Shown: one piece after another, positions 57,363 through 64,000 of the stretch | Layout: the number at the start of each line of letters is the position of its first letter | Numbering within the stretch: the first letter of the stretch is position 1 | DNA from: Prasinococcaceae sp. CCMP 1430 | Lineage: Eukaryota; Plantae; Prasinodermophyta | Assembly: GCA_013416795.1 (NCBI GenBank) | Contig: RQSC01000023.1 | Location: forward strand, 89,768-153,767 | Direction: 5' to 3' | DNA: 64,000 nt | Position numbers and translations under genes: made by a program | Notes under the pieces: model-generated | The model's input: the letters and a program-made list of their open reading frames with translations, nothing else | The model's database searches: none | What the model was told of the DNA's origin: nothing

Positions 57363-59148
57363 TCAGTGAGTGTTGCTGATGGCCTCGGTGTCGACGTCCT
57401 GTGGCTCCGGGCCGGCGATGTACTCGGGCGACCAGCTGCCATGCACGCCCATGGGCACGTAGCGCGGCAGGTGCAGCGTGCACACGGGACCGGCCGCGAA
57501 GTCCTTGCAGTCGATGATGACGCAGTCGGTGGTCGAGCCCGCGTTGTTGACAAGGCCGATGAGCCAGCCGTCGTCCTCCCCCTCGCCGCCCTTGCCGTGG
57601 ATGCCGCTGTTCTCCTGCGAGCGCGGGATGAAGAGCGGCTCCATGCAGAAGCGCGTGTCCCCCGGGTAGTAGTGCTCCACCTTGGTCTCCTTGCAGTAGG
57701 GGTCCGCGCTCGCCATGGACACCTTCGTGAGCTGGTGGATGGGGCCGCTGATCTCGTCGTTGTCGGCGGCGGCGTGCGCGCTGGTGCACAGGTAGGCGTG
57801 CCTGTACGGGCGTCCGGTGGCGCACGGCGCCACCGCCGGGTACTCGCACGGGTGGTTGTCCAGGTCGAAGGCGTCGCACTCGCCGGTCTTGAGGTCGAGC
57901 ACGAAGCGCGTGAAGGACATCTTGGGCCAGAAGACCTTGCCGTCGGCGTCGACGATGTCCAGGAAGTACAGCGTGAACTTGGGCCACGTGGTGGTGTCGA
58001 AGATCAGCTTGTCGCCCTCTTGCCAGCCGTTGACGTGGTGGTAGGAGAAGCAGAACTTGTCGGTGGCGATGACCTTCTCCTCCACGCCGTCGTGCCTCGG
58101 GAAGAGGCGGAACATGGGCTTGCGCGAGGTGTCCTCGGCGATGGACTCGGAGAGCGACGTCTTGCCCTGCGGGTAGTTGATGAAGGTGTTCTTGAGGTGC
58201 ATGCGCACCGGGCAGTCGAAGAGCACGTAGTAGTCGTCGGTGACAATCATGTCGTGCACGTACGCCGCGGGGAACACGTAGGTGAGGTCCTTCACCTTGT
58301 TGCCCTGCTCGTCGAACTCACAGAAGTTGGAGGTCGTCGTGTGGTTGCGCCAGTTGATCTTGTTGAGCATGGACACCAGCCGGCTCGAGCCGTCGGCCTC
58401 GGCCATCACGCGGTAGTGCGAGGTGTGCATGGTGGAGCTCAGGTCGCTCGCGCCGTGGCCGATCGTTTCCAGGTTCTTGGGGTCCAGCTCGTACGGCTTC
58501 GCGTAGTCCACGGCCACCAGGCTGCCCCCCCAGTTGATGACGTTGTACGCGCCGTTGTGCTTCATCTGCGGGTCGCCCGTGAAGCCGCGGTCGATGCCCA
58601 CCATGTCGACGGCGGTGCGGTGCCACCAGATGGGCTTGCGCGGGTCCTCTGCCGTGAAGATGGAAGGCTCCAGGTACTTGCCCGCCTCCTGCTCCGCCTT
58701 GAAGCACTCGGTCTGCACGAACTTGTTGCGGAAGAACGCCTTGCCGTCCTTGAAAGCGATCGACGTCACCATGCCGTCGCCGTCGAGGTAGCGCTTGTTG
58801 AGATCGCCCTCGCGCTCGAAGTAGGCGGGGCCGTTGCGCAGCAGCGTGCCCTCCAGCTCGGGGGGGATCTGGCCTTCGATCATGGAGGGCTGGATGAACC
58901 CCTTGGTCTCATCGCTGGGCGGCACCGAGCGGTAGCCCGTGCGGTACCCGTTGTAGAACGGCTGCAACTCGTCGACGGTCATGCTCTGGTCGAGCTGGGT
59001 GCCGACGAAGGGGCCGGTCGTGGGGTGCACGGTGTCGGTACGCTCCTCCGCAGGCGCCGCGGGCGGCGATGCCACCGCGCGCGAGCGCACATCGCGCCCC
59101 GCGCCACCCTCGGCGCTGCCCGCAGGCTGCGCCTGTGCGCGCGGCGCC
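57363..59148 (-). CDS. Carotenoid cleavage oxygenase (RPE65 family, ACO-like); 5' end in gap
   Basis: EGQIPPELEGTLLRNGP, DGDGM, four Fe-binding His (TSH, VHD, YHH, GVHG), EPLFIP. TGTAA at 57206-57210 (minus). Confidence 0.9.
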
Positions 59149-60059
59149 NNNNNNNNNNNNNNNNNNNNNNNNNNNNNNNNNNNNNNNNNNNNNNNNNNNN
59201 NNNNNNNNNNNNNNNNNNNNNNNNNNNNNNNNNNNNNNNNNNNNNNNNNNNNNNNNNNNNNNNNNNNNNNNNNNNNNNNNNNNNNNNNNNNNNNNNNNNN
59301 NNNNNNNNNNNNNNNNNNNNNNNNNNNNNNNNNNNNNNNNNNNNNNNNNNNNNNNNNNNNNNNNNNNNNNNNNNNNNNNNNNNNNNNNNNNNNNNNNNNN
59401 NNNNNNNNNNNNNNNNNNNNNNNNNNNNNNNNNNNNNNNNNNNNNNNNNNNNNNNNNNNNNNNNNNNNNNNNNNNNNNNNNNNNNNNNNNNNNNNNNNNN
59501 NNNNNNNNNNNNNNNNNNNNNNNNNNNNNNNNNNNNNNNNNNNNNNNNNNNNNNNNNNNNNNNNNNNNNNNNNNNNNNNNNNNNNNNNNNNNNNNNNNNN
59601 NNNNNNNNNNNNNNNNNNNNNNNNNNNNNNNNNNNNNCGCGCGGGCGCCGCGCGCCCGCCGGCCGGAGATCTTTTGCACACGCGCGCGCGCAGGCCGCGG
59701 CAGGGACGGCCGCGGGCCATGCCGGGGTGGGGTGGTCTCGTTCGTGGTGGGCTTGTTGGTTGGGAGGAGACGGGCCTCGATCAATTTTTGGCACTCTCGA
59801 AAGTTCGCGCGCGTCGGCGCGCGGGCCAGCGCCCAAAAATCTGGGCCGTTCGCTGGGCCCGCGCGCGCCGGCGGGGGCGCTCCCACCCGCTACGCTCGTC
59901 GTGAGTTCGGTCGGCGGAGCCGTGCCGGTCACACAGCAGGCTGACAGACGGACCGACATCCGACCGGTGATCCGAGCCGGCCAGCCAGCCAGCCAGCTCC
60001 GCGGCCGGCCTGCCGGCCGCGCACCACGACGACGAAGCGCACTTCTATCCGCTCCGCGC

Positions 60060-60084
60060 GACCGACCGACCGACCGACCGACCG
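60060..60084. repeat. (ACCG)6 microsatellite
   Basis: Direct reading. Confidence 0.9.
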
Positions 60085-61347
60085 AGAGAATCGCGCCGGA
60101 CCCTGCGCGAGATCCAGCTCGGCGGCGCGCGCGCACCTCGCTCGCGCGCACCTCGCGCGAGCGTCCCCGTGTACTCTCCCACCCACCCGAACACCGGCGA
60201 ATTCATCCGGTCAGTCAGGTGTCTCGCACGTCGCCCAGCCAGCGAGTCGGGCAGGCAGGACCCCGCAGCAGTTTTCCTCGGTCGGTCGTCGGCCCAGGAA
60301 AATCCCAGTGAATCCACTTTCCAACCAACAAATTTCAACCACCCAAAGGCGCGTCGTTCCGGCCTTTTGATCCGTGGCAGGAAGAGGAAGGCGGGCGTCG
60401 CGGCGCGCTCCGGCCGGCCGGCCGGCCGACCGAAAAGCATAATGACAAAGCAAGGGGACGGACGCGCCGCTCCCAGCGCATTCGATCGATTCTGACGACC
60501 GCGTTGTTTTTGGTGGCCTTATCTACGCGCCGGTGGGCGGCGATTTGCCGATTGCGCGATCCACTCGCGCGCTCGCGCGGCGCGGGGCCGCCATCGAAAC
60601 GGGTGCGCGCGCGCGCGCGCGTGGCGGGGCNNNNNNNNNNNNNNNNNNNNNNNNNNNNNNNNNNNNNNNNNNNNNNNNNNNNNNNNNNNNNNNNNNNNNN
60701 NNNNNNNNNNNNNNNNNNNNNNNNNNNNNNNNNNNNNNNNNNNNNNNNNNNNNNNNNNNNNNNNNNNNNNNNNNNNNNNNNNNNNNNNNNNNNNNNNNNN
60801 NNNNNNNNNNNNNNNNNNNNNNNNNNNNNNNNNNNNNNNNNNNNNNNNNNNNNNNNNNNNNNNNNNNNNNNNNNNNNNNNNNNNNNNNNNNNNNNNNNNN
60901 NNNNNNNNNNNNNNNNNNNNNNNNNNNNNNNNNNNNNNNNNNNNNNCGCACGCGCGGGGCTAAGGGTCGCTCCGCGTGCGCGGCGCGCTGGGCGCGCGGC
61001 CGCCGTGCCGGGGAAGCCGCCGGTGGGCGCGAGAGAGAGAAGGGGGTAGAGGGGATCGCGAGCCGCGAGTTGGGGAGAGAGGCGAGCGTGCACGTGCACG
61101 TGCGCGTGTGCACTCGTGCGTGGGAAGGGGGCAGTGAGTGAGTGGGGCTGCAGCTGGTCCGCAGCGCCCAATTCGCGGCTGCTGGTCGCGGTCGCTCGCG
61201 GCCAGCCGCGGAGGGGAGCAGCGGGGACCGGCCGCGGGAGGGCGCTCGCGGGCGGGCAGGCAGGAGAGCGCGCGCGCCCTCGCACGCGCGCTCAGCGAAA
61301 GGGTGATCGCGCCGGCCGATCTCCTGCGCCGGCCATCCAGCCTTGCC

Positions 61348-63446
61348 ATGGCGAGCTCCGGGCTCGCTGCGATGGCGCGCTGCGCGGCGCAGGGGGAGGA
61401 CAGTGGACACAATGGGCGGGCGTGGCGTGCGCGGGCGGGGCGGAGCAATGCGGCCTGCGCCCGCAGCAGCGGCGGCCGGTGCATCCGCCGCGCTGTGCGC
61501 GCGGCAACACGCGCGGGGATGTGCGCGCTGGGGTGGCGGGCATGCGCTCCGGTGCGGGCAGCACTGCCGACGGCTCCGCCGACGGTCCGTGCCCGGTCGG
61601 CATGGGGGACGAGCTGCACGCTTCGGAAACCGCGGGGGCGGACGACCGCGACGAAGCGTCGTCGTCGTCGTCGTGTCCGTACACGGCCGTGAAGGAGGGC
61701 GTCAGCGCCGTATCGGAGGGCGTGGCGAACGCAGTAAGCCTGCGCCTCCCTCGCGTCGATCTCGACAGCTGGACGTTCCTGCAGAGCGTGATCAAGGCGG
61801 CGGACGCGCCCGCGGGGATGGCCGACGCCATGCTGGAATGGTCCAACGACCATGGCATGACGGTGGGCATCATCAATCGCCCCTTCGGCCCCACGTGCGT
61901 GTCCACCGTTGACCCGGCGGTTGTCGAGTACGTGTGCTACCAGAACGCCTCCAACTACAAGGACCGCATGCTGCCTGACGCCTTCCGCTACGTCACCAAG
62001 TACAAGGGCCTCACCGGCAGCGACGGCGAGTACAACCGCCAGCACAGGCTACTGTGCCAGAAGCCCTTCCTGTACCAGCCCAACCTGCACGACTTCGCGG
62101 GGGTAATCACTGATCGGGTGAGCGCGATGATCGACGCGTGGGACGAGGCGGGGGTCGCGATGGGCGACCAGCGGGGGCAGCAGCAGCGGGGGCAGCGGGG
62201 TGGCAGCGGCGGGGCGGGGGCGGCGCACGGTGCGAGTGAGGCGCACCCGCTGCGCGTGGACATGAACGAGATGTCGCAGCGCGTCACGCTGGACATCATC
62301 TCGTTGATCGCCTTCAACCACGACTTCCGGCAGGTGGAGCGCACGCGCCGCGAGATGCTCGCCGAGGCCACGTCGGGCGACTACGTCAACGAACCTGATG
62401 AGCTCCTGGACGCGTACAATCTGAGCAGCGAGATCATGGGGCAGCTCTTCATCACGCCGGTGCCGCTGCTTAAGTTGGCGAGCGCGCTGGGCGTGCCGAA
62501 GGTCGTGCAGCTGGAGGAGTCGTACGAAACGCTCGAGCGAGTGGGCATGTCCATCGTGGACCAGCGGCGCGCGGTGCTTGCCGAGCGCGCCGAGCGCGAT
62601 GGCGGCATCAAGGCTGAGTGCCTACTGGACACGCTGGTGACGGCCACCAACCCTGACGGCACCCCCCTCAGCAATGACGACCTGTGGGGCGACGTGAATG
62701 ACATCATGGCCGCCGGGCACCGCACGCAGGCGAGCGCCATGTGCGTGGCGCTGTACCACTTGAGCCGCGACCTGCCGCTGCTCGAGGCGGCGATGGCGGA
62801 GGTGGATACGCTAGGCGGCCGCGTGCCCACGTACGAGGACGTTAAGGAGGGCAGGCTGGAGCTCATCCAGCGCGTCGTCAAGGAGGGGCTGCGAATGTAC
62901 GCGCCCATTAACCTTTTTCCCAGGCTGGCCGGCGGTGACGACGAGCTGCCCACGGGCCACACGGTCGAGAAGGGAGATTTCATTCTGTTGAGCAGCTACG
63001 CCATGGGCCGCAATCCGCGCGTGTGGAAGGACCCCATGAAGTTCGATCCGGACCGCTTCTTGGAATCCAACTTGGTGGCGATGCAGGAGGAGCGGGGCAG
63101 CGAGCTCGGGCTCAGCGAGGAGGATGTCAAGCGCAACGTGCAGCGCATTTTGAATGGGAGGGACTTCGTGTATACGCCCTTTGGCGCGGGGCCGCGCTCG
63201 TGCATCGGTGGGACATTCGCGCAAATGTCCGTCACCCTCATCCTGACGACGTGCCTGCAGCGCTACCACTTCCGCCCGAGCGACAATCCGGCCCACCCGA
63301 ACGGCGACGAGCTGCCGCTGAAATACGACACGACTATCGTCTTCCCGGAGGGCGTGCACATGCGCATGTGGCCGAGGGAGAAGAAGGGTGGCGAGGCAGG
63401 CGACGCGGCGGAGCTGGGTCGGCAGGCCGCCCCGGCGATGGCCTGA
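61348..63446 (+). CDS. Cytochrome P450; N-terminus uncertain
   Basis: AAGHRT I-helix, EGLR (ExxR), FDPDRF and PFGAGPRSCIG heme motif. TGTAA at 63555-63559. Confidence 0.92.
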
Positions 63447-64000
63447 GGCGAGCGGCCTGGTGCTTACGACGGCGCGCGGGGAGCCGTGTTTTCTCATTTA
63501 TATAAAAAATAATTTGGCGCTCGCCACCTACGTGCGTGGTGGTGAGGCCGCTCGTGTAAAATGATGGTGTACCAAGTACGCCAGTACCTCCTCGGTCCAG
63601 CCTCTCTTCTTGCCGCACGCCCGCGCCACTGGAGCGCCTCCAGCGCCATCCGAGTCGCGGGCATGCCCGCCGCCGCCTCTCCCTCTCCTGCCTCCAACCG
63701 CCCTCACACCCTGTGCCGCGCTCTCGGGGTACGACCACGGGAGAGTCATCAAACATTCCTTTTTGATGAGCGCTTCTCGCCTGCCGCCCCGTGCTCCCGC
63801 TCGCCCTCGCGCGTGCACGTGCGACAAACGTCGGCGCGCTTAATTTTTTTTGATTTGCCATGGTATCGTTGCGCGCAGGCGGCGGCTGGTCCGCGGCGGC
63901 GGCTGGCGCCTGCTCGCGTGGAGGCGCAGGCGCGGCAGCGGCTGCCCACGCGGCCGAGGGCCACACTGCTGCGGCCAGGCGCGTGACGCTCCCACCCGGC

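Noticed and set aside
52934-59148. Functional link between CHLH and the carotenoid oxygenase
   Set aside because: Convergent orientation with no shared promoter; adjacency is expected by chance in a genome rich in plastid genes.
1-64000. Hundreds of overlapping Arg/Ala/Pro-rich ORFs in the six-frame track
   Set aside because: Shadow ORFs caused by very high GC and stop-codon scarcity; they lack motifs and overlap better-supported genes.
1-64000. rRNA, tRNA, transposase, reverse transcriptase or viral genes
   Set aside because: No recognisable motifs seen, though they could hide in gaps.

Overview
Gene-dense, very GC-rich eukaryotic scaffold segment containing eight N-gaps. Several signals point to a compact green-algal (prasinophyte-like) nuclear genome: plastid-targeted genes, short (about 120-225 nt) GT-AG introns with CTGAC/CTAAC branch points, TGTAA poly(A) signals and telo-boxes. 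The taxon is an inference. About 28 protein genes or fragments can be supported. Recognisable ones are MCCB, an HTTM-domain protein, an AspH-like oxygenase, a TLC protein, glutamate decarboxylase, a selenocysteine glutathione peroxidase, a sulfatase, TL15B, a DUF3685 protein, the FTR catalytic subunit, a flavin thioredoxin reductase, CHLH, a carotenoid cleavage oxygenase and a P450. Strongest second-look items: (1) a GPx1/2-like selenoprotein with a clear type II SECIS, whose active-site segment is exactly duplicated in frame (81 bp), giving two UGA codons; (2) a plastid-type flavin thioredoxin reductase lacking both NADPH-binding motifs, head-to-head with the ferredoxin-thioredoxin reductase catalytic subunit; (3) a carotenoid oxygenase head-to-head with an atypical P450 (AGHRT); (4) a two-repeat Cys/His metal-binding-like protein; (5) a 201-bp MITE-like element; (6) a 432-bp promoter and 5'-gene duplication; (7) sense-strand-biased intronic (CA)n tracts. 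Family assignments come from motif recognition, not database searches.
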